64,000 nt of DNA, taken from positions 320,001-384,000 of the forward strand of contig JAVVGF010000001.1 of the NCBI GenBank assembly GCA_032249235.1, read 5' to 3'. Under the pieces are notes generated by a model, which saw only the letters and a list, made by a program, of their open reading frames with translations, had not been told where the DNA came from and did no database searches. Numbering within the stretch: the first letter of the stretch is position 1; every line of letters begins with the position of its first letter. Made by a program: the position numbers and the translations under genes. The DNA comes from Thermoproteota archaeon. GTDB taxonomy: Archaea > Thermoproteota > Thermoprotei > Gearchaeales > Gearchaeaceae. Positions 29,235-39,518 of the stretch are shown here, piece by piece.

Positions 29235-30209
29235 ATGCCAGTCCTAACTCTTGCAGCTGCTATTAATAATGCAATTAGAGAACAAATGAGAAAAGATGAT
29301 AGGATAGTAGTGCTCGGAGAAGATGTGGGTAAAAGAGGGGGTGTCTTCTTAGTGACAGAAGGTTTATTAGAGGAGTTCGGTCCTGAAAGAGTAATTGATA
29401 CGCCTTTATCAGAGGCTGCAATATTTGGTGTCGCTGCTGGAATGGCTATATATGGGCTCAAGCCTATTGCAGAAGTTCAATTCTTTGATTTTGCTTTTGG
29501 AGGCTTTGACCAAATCGTTTCTCAAATAGCTAAATTAAGATATAGAAGCGGAGGACAATTCAAAGCTCCTGTTATTATAAGGGGTCCTGTTGCAGGAGGA
29601 ATAAGAGGTGGAATGTTTCATTCCCAAAGTCCTGAAACTTACTACGTTCATACTGCAGGTCTTAAAGTTATAGTTCCTGCATTTCCTTATGATGCAAAAG
29701 GATTGTTGATTGCTGCTTTGAAACAAGATGATCCTGTTATATTTATGGAACCTAAAAGCATATACAGGACAGTCAAGCAAGAGGTACCTGAAGGAGAATA
29801 TATTGTTCCAATAGGAAAAGCGAACGTGATAAGACAAGGCGATGATGTTACAGTAATAACATATGGAGCAATGGTACATCGTGTTCTTGAAGCTGCTGAA
29901 GAAGCAAGTAAAGAAAAAATAAGCGTAGAAGTAATTGATTTAAGAACATTGATGCCTTATGATATTGATACGATTCTTAGCTCTATCAAAAAGACTGGTA
30001 GAGTAGTGATAGTTCATGAAGCTCCTAAAACATTAGGTTTCGGTGCAGAGATAGCAGCTTCTATTGCAGAAAGAGCATTGCTTTATCTAGAAGCTCCTAT
30101 TATAAGAGTGTGCGGTCAAGATACTCCTTTTCCGCTTGCAAATGAACATTACTATCTTCCTACAGTCAAAAGGATAAAAAAAGCAATAACTAAAGTCGCT
30201 ACATTTTAA
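29235..30209 (+). CDS. 2-oxoacid dehydrogenase E1 beta
   Basis: GEDVGKRGGVF, DTPLSE, FHSQSPE, EVIDLRTL. Confidence 0.95.
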   Translation: MPVLTLAAAINNAIREQMRKDDRIVVLGEDVGKRGGVFLVTEGLLEEFGPERVIDTPLSEAAIFGVAAGMAIYGLKPIAEVQFFDFAFGGFDQIVSQIAKLRYRSGGQFKAPVIIRGPVAGGIRGGMFHSQSPETYYVHTAGLKVIVPAFPYDAKGLLIAALKQDDPVIFMEPKSIYRTVKQEVPEGEYIVPIGKANVIRQGDDVTVITYGAMVHRVLEAAEEASKEKISVEVIDLRTLMPYDIDTILSSIKKTGRVVIVHEAPKTLGFGAEIAASIAERALLYLEAPIIRVCGQDTPFPLANEHYYLPTVKRIKKAITKVATF

Positions 30210-30210
30210 A

Positions 30211-31413
30211 ATGCCTAAGGAAATTTTACTTCCTGATATTGGAGAAGGAGTAAGCGAAGGAGAAATTGTAAAGTGGCTAGTAAAAGAAGGAGATTATGTC
30301 AAAATGTTTCAACCGATCGTTGAGGTCTTGACGGTTAAAGTTAAAGTCGAAATTCCATCTCCTTATAATGGTAAGATTGTTAAAATTTTGGCAAAAGAAA
30401 AAGAAGTGGTTAGAGTAGGAAAACCAATAGCTTTAATCGAAACTGAAGAAGTGATACCTGAGACAAAGCCTAAAGAAGAAGCTAAACCTAAAGAAGAATT
30501 AAGGCAGGTTGAGATTCCTAAGGAGGTAGCTGAAGAGAAAAAAGAAATACTTGCTACACCTGCTGTTAGAAGACTTGCAAGGGAATTAGGCGTAGATTTG
30601 TCCAAAGTTAAAGGTACAGGACCTGGAGGAAGAATATTGGAAGAAGATGTTAGAAGATATGCTGAAGAAATGAAGAAACATGAAGTTAAGCCAGTAGAAG
30701 TAAAAGCTGAAAAAGCTGCTTTGGAAGAGAGAATTCCTATTACTGGAGTAAGAAGAATGATTGCAGAAAAGTTATCAAAGACTGTTAAAACTGCAGTGCT
30801 AGTTACACATATGGATGAATGCGATGTAACTGAATTGGTTAAAATAAGAGAAGAATTAAAACAAGAAGCAGAGAAAAGAGGAGTAAAACTAACTTTCTTA
30901 CCTTTCATCATTAAAGCTGTGATTAAAGCTCTTCAAACATACCCTTCATTCAATGCATCGGTTGACGAAGAAAAGAATGAGCTAGTAATTAAGAAATATT
31001 ATAATATTGGCATTGCAACAGCAACAGATCAAGGTCTAATAGTCCCTGTAATAAAAGAAGCAGATAAGAAAGGATTATTTGAATTAGCTAAGGAGATTGA
31101 AGAACTAACCGAAAAAGCTAGGAAAGGAACGTTGAAAATTGAAGAAGTTATAGGCAGCACTTTTTCAATAACCAATGTAGGTCCGATTGGAGGCGTATTT
31201 GCTACGCCAATATTGAATAATCCTGATGTAGCAATTCTAGGAATTGGTAAAATTAAAAAAAGACCTTGGGTAGTTGAGAATAGAATTGAAATTAGAGACA
31301 TATTAACGCTATTTTTATCCTTCGATCATCGCGTAATAGATGGTGCTCAAGCAGCGCAATTCATGAATGAGGTAATGAAATACTTAGAAAAACCTTATCT
31401 ATTGTTAATTTAG
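30211..31413 (+). CDS. 2-oxoacid dehydrogenase E2 dihydrolipoamide acyltransferase
   Basis: Lipoyl domain (LPDIGEG), E3-binding ATPAVRRLA...GTGPGGRI, catalytic FDHRVIDG. Confidence 0.95.
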   Translation: MPKEILLPDIGEGVSEGEIVKWLVKEGDYVKMFQPIVEVLTVKVKVEIPSPYNGKIVKILAKEKEVVRVGKPIALIETEEVIPETKPKEEAKPKEELRQVEIPKEVAEEKKEILATPAVRRLARELGVDLSKVKGTGPGGRILEEDVRRYAEEMKKHEVKPVEVKAEKAALEERIPITGVRRMIAEKLSKTVKTAVLVTHMDECDVTELVKIREELKQEAEKRGVKLTFLPFIIKAVIKALQTYPSFNASVDEEKNELVIKKYYNIGIATATDQGLIVPVIKEADKKGLFELAKEIEELTEKARKGTLKIEEVIGSTFSITNVGPIGGVFATPILNNPDVAILGIGKIKKRPWVVENRIEIRDILTLFLSFDHRVIDGAQAAQFMNEVMKYLEKPYLLLI

Positions 31414-32066
31414 AACTCTGCAAAAACTGTACAAGGTGAGCTATCAATAACCTCGATGAAGAGCGGAATAACATAAAGTTTTTTTATTTCACTAGGAAGT
31501 TTTTCCAAATTCATATCCTCAACTATTATGAATTTTCCTTTGGAAAGCAAAATTCTATGAGCCTTTCTACCTTCTTCTCTATGCAATGGTGAAGATAAGG
31601 ATATGAAATCGAATCCTATTCCTCTAATATTTTCAAAATTAGCGAGATAGCTTGCAGCTTCAGAACTGAATCCAGGGCCCTCAAATTGATAAATATACGG
31701 ATCTTTATTTCTAAATATTTGAAATTCTGTTTTAATTATTATAAAGTCTGAATTTTTAATTCTTTCTTCAAAATTTTCAAAATCTTTCCTAAAAAATAAT
31801 TCTCCTTTTCCTTTTTTTATTTTTAAAATTAATATTTTATTAAAAATAAAATCTTCGATATCATATTCAGCTACACCTTTACCTCCTTCTATGAAATGTT
31901 TTTGGCAATCTGCATGAGTTCCAATATGGTTACCGAATTTTAACTCAAATGTATTCGCAGAATCTCCTTTGCTAATTTGATTTATAGGTGTTATTATAAG
32001 CTTCGTATTAGACATATAAGTTGGTGTTTGCTCATTAAGTTTGTGTGATAACAAAACATATGGCAT
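31410..32066 (-). CDS. Cyclase family protein (kynurenine formamidase-like)
   Basis: HIGTHAD metal motif, GIGFD, AHRILL, IVEDM. Confidence 0.85.
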   Translation of the reverse strand: MPYVLLSHKLNEQTPTYMSNTKLIITPINQISKGDSANTFELKFGNHIGTHADCQKHFIEGGKGVAEYDIEDFIFNKILILKIKKGKGELFFRKDFENFEERIKNSDFIIIKTEFQIFRNKDPYIYQFEGPGFSSEAASYLANFENIRGIGFDFISLSSPLHREEGRKAHRILLSKGKFIIVEDMNLEKLPSEIKKLYVIPLFIEVIDSSPCTVFAEF

Positions 32067-32099
32067 AATATTTTTATTAATTGTGATGAATAATTGTTT

Positions 32100-32732
32100 A
32101 TGCCTTTAGAACACAAATTTTCTGCTAAGCAATATCCTTTAGAAAAAGAAGTTAAAGGTATTTCAGTAAAGACAAATCAAGAACATTATAAGCTTTATCA
32201 AGGCTATGTGAACAAATGGAATGAAATACTTGAGAAGTTAAAAACAGCAGACAGGAGCAAAGCTGCAGCTACGTATAGCGAATATGGCGAATTGAAAAGA
32301 CAAGAAACCTTCAATGCCAATGGCAAAATACTTCATGAGCTTTTCTTTCCTACAATATTAGGAGGAGACGGTAAACCTAGAGGAGAAATTGTAGAGAAAA
32401 TTAAAGAAGACTTTGGTTCTTTTGAAGCATGGAAAGAAGATTTCATCGCTACAGCAATGGCTGCAAGAGGATGGGCTATTTTAGCGCTAGAGCTACAGTC
32501 AAATAAGCTATTTAATTTCTTAGTAGATTTGCAGAATATTGGTCATGTTCAAGATACCGTTGCCATTCTAGCTCTTGATGTTTTTGAGCATGCTTACTTC
32601 ATAGACTATGGAACTAATAGAAGAGCCTACATAGATGCTTTCTTCAACAACATAAATTGGGATTTCGTTGAAAAAAGATACCAGTATGCAAAGAAGGTAG
32701 CTGAGCTTTATAAACAATATTTTAAAGAATAA
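32100..32732 (+). CDS. sod: Fe/Mn superoxide dismutase
   Basis: EHYKLYQGYV, LHELFF, DVFEHAYFIDY. Confidence 0.93.
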   Translation: MPLEHKFSAKQYPLEKEVKGISVKTNQEHYKLYQGYVNKWNEILEKLKTADRSKAAATYSEYGELKRQETFNANGKILHELFFPTILGGDGKPRGEIVEKIKEDFGSFEAWKEDFIATAMAARGWAILALELQSNKLFNFLVDLQNIGHVQDTVAILALDVFEHAYFIDYGTNRRAYIDAFFNNINWDFVEKRYQYAKKVAELYKQYFKE

Positions 32733-32772
32733 ACCAAATTTAATTTTTATATTTTCTTTTTCATAAATCCAT

Positions 32773-33801
32773 GTGCTTAGGTTAGGATATTGGTGTGGTC
32801 AAGAACAATACGATCCAAAGACCTTAGTAGATTTCGCTAAGATAGCAGAAGTTGTAGGCTTCGATATGATAAGCGTAAGCGATCATTTTCATCCATGGAG
32901 CGATAAAGGAGGCCAATCAGGATTTCCATGGATTGTAGTCAATTTGATTGCAGATAAAACCCAAAATGTGGAAGTCGGTACAACTGTAACAACACCATTA
33001 TTTAGATATCACCCAGCTATAGTTGCACAAGCATTCGCTACATTGGCATATCTTTATCCTGGCAGGATATTTTTAACGCTCGGAGTAGGGCATTCGATGA
33101 ACGAAACTCCTTTAGGTTTCAAATGGCCTGAAAGTGTAGAGGAAAAAATTTCAAGACTTGAAGAAGCGGTTGAAATAATTCATTTATTATGGTCAAGAGA
33201 ATTCGTGACATATTATGGAAATTATTATCGTTTATATAAAGCAAAGCTTTATACTAAACCGAAAAGTAAAATTCCAATTTATATAGCTACTGCTACGAAA
33301 GAAGCAGCTAGAATAGCAGGAAGATATGGTGACGGAATATTAGTAAATCCACGTGGTTTAGAAAAATTCAACGAAATCATAGATGCTATGGTAAAAGAAG
33401 CTAAGAAACATGGTAGAGATCATGAAAAACTCAAAAAATTAGTTGAGTTCAAGGTCTCCTATAGTGTTGATTATGATGAGGCATTGAAATCAACGCTTTA
33501 TTGGGCTCCTACTGCAATAGATAGAAAGAAAAGAGAAAGTATTTCGGATCCTAGAGAACTTGAGGATAACGTTACCGAAAAAGAGATTGAAAAAATTAAG
33601 AAGACTTGGTTAATAGCTACAGATCCTGAGCAAATCATAAAAAGTTTAGAATACTTCTTGAATTTGAATGTTGATGTAATATTCTTCCATTCTTCTAGTC
33701 CTAATGAAAGAGCTTTTCTAAATATGCTAGGAAGAGATATTTTGCCATGGCTTAAAGAAATATATGAATTGAAAAAAGAACCAATTAGAGTTACCGATTA
33801 A
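32773..33801 (+). CDS. F420-dependent LLM-class oxidoreductase (G6PDH-like family)
   Basis: SDHFHPW, VTTPLFRYHPAIVAQAFATL, GHSMNE. Confidence 0.85.
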   Translation: MLRLGYWCGQEQYDPKTLVDFAKIAEVVGFDMISVSDHFHPWSDKGGQSGFPWIVVNLIADKTQNVEVGTTVTTPLFRYHPAIVAQAFATLAYLYPGRIFLTLGVGHSMNETPLGFKWPESVEEKISRLEEAVEIIHLLWSREFVTYYGNYYRLYKAKLYTKPKSKIPIYIATATKEAARIAGRYGDGILVNPRGLEKFNEIIDAMVKEAKKHGRDHEKLKKLVEFKVSYSVDYDEALKSTLYWAPTAIDRKKRESISDPRELEDNVTEKEIEKIKKTWLIATDPEQIIKSLEYFLNLNVDVIFFHSSSPNERAFLNMLGRDILPWLKEIYELKKEPIRVTD

Positions 33802-33917
33802 TTTTAATTAAGACCAATTTTAATCATTTCGTAATACCTTTTAGATTTTAAAATCTTCAATGTTAAATTGAAAGCTTAATTTAGTTTTTTATAATAGATA
33901 TTCAAAAAATATGCTAT

Positions 33918-35084
33918 TTATATAATAGAAATGACTGATTGATACCATTTGAAAACATATTCTGGAATGCTAAAACCTCTTTGTTCCATTCTACTAACCA
34001 TGAATATAGGTAATGGACTAAGCAAAAAAGCTGCTTTTAAATAAAATCTATTAGGTTCGCCTTTTTTATAGCTTGTTTCTAAGACATAATTAATGTCTGA
34101 AATGGCACCTATTGAGGTATTAGCATTACCTGTTATTGAAATTATTTTACCTCCTAACCTTTTGAAGTTTCTACACCAACCAACAACTATTTCTGTTTCT
34201 CCTGAATATGAAATTACAATGAATACATCGCCAGTTCTAGGAGAGGGCAAATTTGTATCTCTTACTACATAAGTTGCATCTCCTAGTATTCTTTTTATAT
34301 GTCCAATTCTTACCGCAGCCATTCTTGCAACTTCCAAACCACTACCTAAACCGCCAAAGAAACAAGCATTCCTTTTTTCTAATTCATCAGCAACCAAATT
34401 TAGAAATTTTATTGCTTCAACATTATCGAACACTTTGAATAAATCCATTAACAAGCTGTTAATGTATTCTTTCAGATGATCTGATGGTGCATCATTATTC
34501 ATCGCTTCTGCTATTGCTTGGAACAAAGCTGCGCTACCTAGTTCGAAAATATCTCCTAGAATTCCGTGTTCTCTAAATTCTCTTACTCCTTCTTCACTTA
34601 TTTCCGTTTCTCTTTTTCCTTTTAATAAGAGAGTTGTTCCAAATTTATAGCCTAATTTTGCTAGGGGAGATTCAGGATCTGAAGTTAATACGTTTATCCT
34701 ATAATCTTTGTTATTTCCTGTATCTACTATATATTGAGCCAATTTTTGCGCATCTATTAAAGGAATCAAAGCTTTTCCGCTTCCAGAATTTACTAAAAGA
34801 CAAAAAGGACCGTATTTTCTTCTTATTACTGGTGCGGCTTCATATAAATCTCTTCCAGGAAAACCTATGTCGCTTCTATCTAGAATTATTCTACCTCTTT
34901 CCATTTTCGCTATTTCGCTACAAGCTATGCTTAATGCTCCCTTTGATCTCCCTTCGCCTGTAGGTACGATTACTCTTGCAGAGATTATATTATAATAAAA
35001 GTTTCTAAGATTTTCTTCATCTAATTCTTCTAAATTTTTCTTTATTGCATTTAGGTACCTTAGTTCAGCGATTTCCTTTAGCAT
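33918..35084 (-). CDS. Tandem SIS-domain protein (phospho-hexuloisomerase-like)
   Basis: Two SIS repeats: GEGRSK...NSGSG...FELG and GLGSG...ISYSGETE. Confidence 0.7.
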   Translation of the reverse strand: MLKEIAELRYLNAIKKNLEELDEENLRNFYYNIISARVIVPTGEGRSKGALSIACSEIAKMERGRIILDRSDIGFPGRDLYEAAPVIRRKYGPFCLLVNSGSGKALIPLIDAQKLAQYIVDTGNNKDYRINVLTSDPESPLAKLGYKFGTTLLLKGKRETEISEEGVREFREHGILGDIFELGSAALFQAIAEAMNNDAPSDHLKEYINSLLMDLFKVFDNVEAIKFLNLVADELEKRNACFFGGLGSGLEVARMAAVRIGHIKRILGDATYVVRDTNLPSPRTGDVFIVISYSGETEIVVGWCRNFKRLGGKIISITGNANTSIGAISDINYVLETSYKKGEPNRFYLKAAFLLSPLPIFMVSRMEQRGFSIPEYVFKWYQSVISII

Positions 35085-35133
35085 GTGTGATTATAACCCT
35101 AACTATAAATATCTTTTACTAAAAGATTCTCAT

Positions 35134-36498
35134 ATGGTTTATGATGTCGCTATCATTGGAGCAGGACCAGGTGGTTATGTTGCTGCGATAAGGGCTGGAC
35201 AACTCGGTAAAAAAGTTTTGTTGATTGAAAGAGATAAATTAGGAGGCGTGTGCTTAAATTATGGTTGTATTCCTAGCAAAGCGATAATTCATCTCGCTCA
35301 TCTCTATAAAAAAATAAAATGGTTGAATGAAGTAGGCTTAGCTATAGGTGATGTTAAGCTTGATTTCAAAAGAATAAGAGATTGGAAAGAACAGGTAGTC
35401 GATAGATTAAGAAAGGGCATTAAGTTTTTACTAGATTCTTATGGGGTTGAGCAAATAGTTGGAAAAGCAAGTTTAAGAGATTACAACAAGATTGAAGTAG
35501 AAGGTAAAATATTTGAGGCTAATAACATTATAATAGCTACAGGTTCTTCTCCATTAGACCTTCCAAACCTAAAGCACGATGGAAGAGATATCCTCGATTC
35601 AACAGCAATGCTTGAATTGACAGAAGTACCTCAAAGATTGCTTGTAGTAGGTGGCGGAGCGATAGGACTTGAATTAGGATGTGCTTTTCAAAATTTCGGG
35701 AGTGAGCTTTATGTAGTAGAAATAATGGATCAATTGTTACCTGGCTTTGATAAAGAAGCTTCGGAAGTAATTAGGCGTAGTATAATAAAAAAAGGAGGAA
35801 AAGTTTATCTTAGTTCGAAAGTTCTTGAAGTAAAAAAGAATGGGAAATTAAAAGTAGCGATCGATACACAAGGGAAAATTGAAGAAATAGAGGTAGACAA
35901 GATATTGCTAAGTGTTGGAAGAAAGCCTAATAATGAGGATATCAACATCAAGGGTCTTCAAACGGATAAAAAAGGTTATATAATCGTGGATGAAAGGCAA
36001 AGGACTAACATTGAAAACATATACGCAATAGGTGACATTACAGGCCCTCCTTTTTTAGCACATCGAGCCTCAAAGCAAGGAATCGTAGCTGCTGAAGTAA
36101 TAAGCGGTATGAAAAGTGCATTCGATTACAGAGCAATACCTTCAACTTTTTTCACAGATCCCGAATTTATATCAGTAGGTAAAAGTTCTGCTGAAGTATC
36201 GAAGGCTGTAATCATAGGTAAATTCCCATTTTTAGCATTAGGAAGAGCTCTTACTCAAGGATTTAGCGAAGGTTTTGTAAAAGTAATTGCAGACAAAGAT
36301 AGTAAGGTAATTTTAGGAATTCAAGCCGTAGGAGAAGGGGTTTCTGAATTAAATGGTGAAGCTTCTTTAGCTATTGAGGCATCATTGACTTTAGAAGATT
36401 TAGGATTTGTCATGCATGCACATCCAACTTTAAGTGAAGCATTAATGGAATCTGCAGAAAATGCTTTAAGGAAGGCTATACATATTTTAAACAAATGA
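35134..36498 (+). CDS. lpdA: Dihydrolipoamide dehydrogenase (E3)
   Basis: GAGPGG, GGVCLNYGCIPSK, HAHPTLSE; ATG 35134 with TATAAATA about 30 nt upstream. Confidence 0.96.
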   Translation: MVYDVAIIGAGPGGYVAAIRAGQLGKKVLLIERDKLGGVCLNYGCIPSKAIIHLAHLYKKIKWLNEVGLAIGDVKLDFKRIRDWKEQVVDRLRKGIKFLLDSYGVEQIVGKASLRDYNKIEVEGKIFEANNIIIATGSSPLDLPNLKHDGRDILDSTAMLELTEVPQRLLVVGGGAIGLELGCAFQNFGSELYVVEIMDQLLPGFDKEASEVIRRSIIKKGGKVYLSSKVLEVKKNGKLKVAIDTQGKIEEIEVDKILLSVGRKPNNEDINIKGLQTDKKGYIIVDERQRTNIENIYAIGDITGPPFLAHRASKQGIVAAEVISGMKSAFDYRAIPSTFFTDPEFISVGKSSAEVSKAVIIGKFPFLALGRALTQGFSEGFVKVIADKDSKVILGIQAVGEGVSELNGEASLAIEASLTLEDLGFVMHAHPTLSEALMESAENALRKAIHILNK

Positions 36499-37157
36499 TA
36501 AAAGGATATTTACTCGATTTCGATTTTCTTGAATATTTTAAAGCTCTAAAACTTCAGCATGAACTTGTTAATTTAAGAAACGAGAATAAAATACCTGAAT
36601 CTCTAATCTTATTAGAACATGAACATGTAATAACCATAGGTAAAAGAGGTAAGGTTGAAGATATCCTTGATAAGTCATTACCTTATTATTTTGTTGAAAG
36701 AGGAGGAGAACTGACTTATCATGGACCAGGTCAACTTGTTGGATATCCTATTTTTGATCTCAAATATCTTAAGCTTGATGTTAAGCAATATGTAGCCAAG
36801 CTAGAAGAATCAATTTGCTATGCTTTGAAGAAGTTTAATATTTTTTGCGACAAAGAACATATTCTACCTGGAGTATGGACAGGGAAAATGAAAATCGCTT
36901 CTATTGGAATAGCATTGAAGAACTTTGTAACTTTTCACGGCTTTGCATTGAATGTAAATACGGATCTTAGTTATTTCTATAAAATAAAGCCATGCGGTTT
37001 AGATGCTTCAGTTATGACTTCTATGGAAAAGATATTAGGTGAGAAAATAAATATGAAAGAAGTTAAGGAAGCTATAATCGAAGGCTTTCAAAATGTTTTC
37101 AACATTGAATTTGAAAGAAAAAAACTTGAAGATCTAAATTTAAAGCTTCTCGAATAA
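36495..37157 (+). CDS. lipB: Octanoyltransferase LipB
   Basis: LLEH, RGGELTYHGPGQ, KIASIG, HGFALNV, PCG. Confidence 0.93.
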   Translation: MIKGYLLDFDFLEYFKALKLQHELVNLRNENKIPESLILLEHEHVITIGKRGKVEDILDKSLPYYFVERGGELTYHGPGQLVGYPIFDLKYLKLDVKQYVAKLEESICYALKKFNIFCDKEHILPGVWTGKMKIASIGIALKNFVTFHGFALNVNTDLSYFYKIKPCGLDASVMTSMEKILGEKINMKEVKEAIIEGFQNVFNIEFERKKLEDLNLKLLE

Positions 37158-38345
37158 CATCGAAATTCCTTGACCTACGCCAATACACATGGTAGCTAAA
37201 CAATATCTAACATTTCTTCTTTTTGCTTCATGAAATAATGTAGTCGTTATCCTTGCGCCTGAACATCCTAAAGGATGTCCTAAAGCTATTGCACCACCAT
37301 TGGGATTCAATCTAGGATCGTTAGGATCAATTTCAAATTCCTTTAAGCATGCTAGAACTTGCGCAGCGAATGCTTCATTTATCTCGATCAAATCGATATC
37401 TTTAAGTTCAAGTCCAACTTTTTTCAAAAGCTTTCTTGTTGCTGGTACAGGACCTATGCCCATAATATTAGGATTGACTCCTGCTGTAGCCCATGATATT
37501 ATTTTTAAAATTGGTTTGTATCCGAGTTCCTCTGCTTTTTCTCTGCTCATTAGCAAAACTACTGAAGCTCCATCGTTTATTCCAGAACTATTGCCTGCAG
37601 TAACAGTTCCATTAGGTCTGAATACGGGTTTTAATTTAGCTAATTTCTCAAGAGAAGTATCTGGTCTAGGATTTTCATCCTTGTCTACAATGTTAGTATT
37701 TTTAGTTTTTTCATCAAATACTTCGACCGGAATTATTTCATCTTTAAATTTTCCTTCTTTCTGAGCTTTAACTGCCTTCATATGACTATTGTAAGCAAAA
37801 AGGTCTTGTTCTTCTCTAGATATTTTATATAGTTCAGCAAGATTTTCTGCTGTTTCACCCATGCTTATTGGTGGATATTCTTTGGGCCATTTAGGATTTA
37901 CAAATCTCCATCCAATCGTTGTATCATAAATTTGCAATTCTCTTTGAAATGGCCGAATTGATTTAGGTATTACGAAAGGCGCTCTGCTCATGCTTTCGAC
38001 ACCTCCAGCAATGTAAATATCTCCAATTCCAGATCTTATCATGGAAGCTGCTATAGATATAGCCTCGAGACCTGAGCCGCACAAGCGATTAATCGTGGCT
38101 CCTGGTACTGAAACAGGAAAGCCTGCAAGTATTATAGCCATCCTTGCAACGTTTCTATTATCTTCTCCTGCTTGATTTGAACAACCTATGTAAACATCAT
38201 CGATTAAATTTGGGTCTAAATTGTTTCTTTCTACGATTTTTTTTAACAAAAGAGCTACCATATCGTCTGGTCTAACTAAGCTCAAAACACCTCCATATTT
38301 TCCTATAGGAGTCCTTATAGCATCAATGATTACTACTTCTCTCAT
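37140..38345 (-). CDS. Acetyl-CoA C-acyltransferase (PaaJ/PcaF-like thiolase)
   Basis: QAGEDNRNVARMA, NRLCGSG, DTTIGWRFVNP, NEAFA, GHPLG, MCIGVGQG. Confidence 0.92.
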   Translation of the reverse strand: MREVVIIDAIRTPIGKYGGVLSLVRPDDMVALLLKKIVERNNLDPNLIDDVYIGCSNQAGEDNRNVARMAIILAGFPVSVPGATINRLCGSGLEAISIAASMIRSGIGDIYIAGGVESMSRAPFVIPKSIRPFQRELQIYDTTIGWRFVNPKWPKEYPPISMGETAENLAELYKISREEQDLFAYNSHMKAVKAQKEGKFKDEIIPVEVFDEKTKNTNIVDKDENPRPDTSLEKLAKLKPVFRPNGTVTAGNSSGINDGASVVLLMSREKAEELGYKPILKIISWATAGVNPNIMGIGPVPATRKLLKKVGLELKDIDLIEINEAFAAQVLACLKEFEIDPNDPRLNPNGGAIALGHPLGCSGARITTTLFHEAKRRNVRYCLATMCIGVGQGISMLFEKL

Positions 38346-38382
38346 TGAAATAATCCTAATTTAATAAAAATATAATTTTAAA

Positions 38383-38425
38383 TTATTTACCTTTAAAAAC
38401 AGGTTTTCTTTTTTCAATGAAAGCC
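38383..38425. repeat. 43-bp direct repeat, copy 1 (3' end of PaaG-like gene)
   Basis: TTATTTACCTTTAAAAACAGGTTTTCTTTTTTCAATGAAAGCC identical to 39519-39561. Confidence 0.95.
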
Positions 38426-39171
38426 TTTAATCCTTCTAAATGATCTTCAGTTGAACCTGCAATTTCTTGCAAGTATGCCTCGTATTCAAGGACATTTTCC
38501 AAATCGTTGTTTAGCGAATAGTAAATCAATTTTTTCGTCAATGCTATAGCTCTTGTAGGAAGACTAGCGTATTTTCGAGCTATCTCATTCGTTTCTTCTT
38601 CTAGTTTATCCTCAGGTACCACTTTATTTATTAATCCTAATTCCAAGGCTCTTTTTGCATCTATTGTTTCTCCAAGCGTAAAGTATTCTAATGCTCTTGC
38701 CAATCCTATTTTCTTCAATATAAAGAAACACGATGCTGAATCAGGTATCAAACCTACATTTAGAAATGCTTCTACAAAATTTACTTTTTCTGATGCTAAC
38801 TTGTAGTCGCATGATAAGGCTAATCCTAATCCTGCTCCTGCTACTACACCGTTTATCGATGCGATTACTGGCTTAGGCGAAGTGGTTATTCTCGTAATTA
38901 TGCGATTAAAATACTTTCTTAGAAAGTCACCATAAGGAAACTTTTGACCTTTATCAAGATATTCCTTCATATATTTCAAATCAATACCTACGCAAAATCC
39001 TCTACCTGTTCCTGTTAATATTATGCATCTTATGTTTTCATCTTTACCCAATTCTGCAAGAGCTTTGTCCAATTGCTCAATACTGTTTGCATCTAAAGCA
39101 TTCAAAACTTCAGGTCTGTTAAGCGTTATTTTGCCGATGTTCTCCTTTCTTTCAACTATTATACTACTCAT
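38383..39171 (-). CDS. Enoyl-CoA hydratase/isomerase (PaaG-like)
   Basis: LNRPEVLNAL, AGAGLGLAL, AFLNVGLIPD (single catalytic Asp type). Confidence 0.85.
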   Translation of the reverse strand: MSSIIVERKENIGKITLNRPEVLNALDANSIEQLDKALAELGKDENIRCIILTGTGRGFCVGIDLKYMKEYLDKGQKFPYGDFLRKYFNRIITRITTSPKPVIASINGVVAGAGLGLALSCDYKLASEKVNFVEAFLNVGLIPDSASCFFILKKIGLARALEYFTLGETIDAKRALELGLINKVVPEDKLEEETNEIARKYASLPTRAIALTKKLIYYSLNNDLENVLEYEAYLQEIAGSTEDHLEGLKAFIEKRKPVFKGK

Positions 39172-39189
39172 GTAGTTTCAAATTATAAT

Positions 39190-39489
39190 TTAAAATAAAA
39201 AGTTGTTTTCCAAATCGTATTTTATCTTCATCATTTCTTTTAAAATAAATTCATCTATTCTTATTTTCTTTCTATAACTCATACCTAAAAATATGATACC
39301 TAGAATATCAGTTATCACTGGTTCAGGTAAAGCGAACATTAACAAGGCTAACTTGAATAATTTATTATTCTTCCTTCTATAGTTTAAGTTTTTCAAAGCT
39401 TTTAGAGACTGCTTTAGTATTAGATACGTTTCATTCATAGTAGAGGCTCTATTTTTTGCAAGCTTAGCTAGTAATCGATAATTGTCCAT
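39190..39489 (-). CDS. Hypothetical basic protein with a hydrophobic hairpin
   Basis: 99 aa ORF filling the gap co-directionally; LPEPVITDILG segment. Confidence 0.6.
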   Translation of the reverse strand: MDNYRLLAKLAKNRASTMNETYLILKQSLKALKNLNYRRKNNKLFKLALLMFALPEPVITDILGIIFLGMSYRKKIRIDEFILKEMMKIKYDLENNFLF

Positions 39490-39518
39490 AAAGAAACTTA
39501 CAAAAAAGTATTTAAGGT

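Noticed and set aside
30466-30498. Short tandem repeat encoding KPKEEAKPKEE
   Set aside because: Low-complexity E2 interdomain linker
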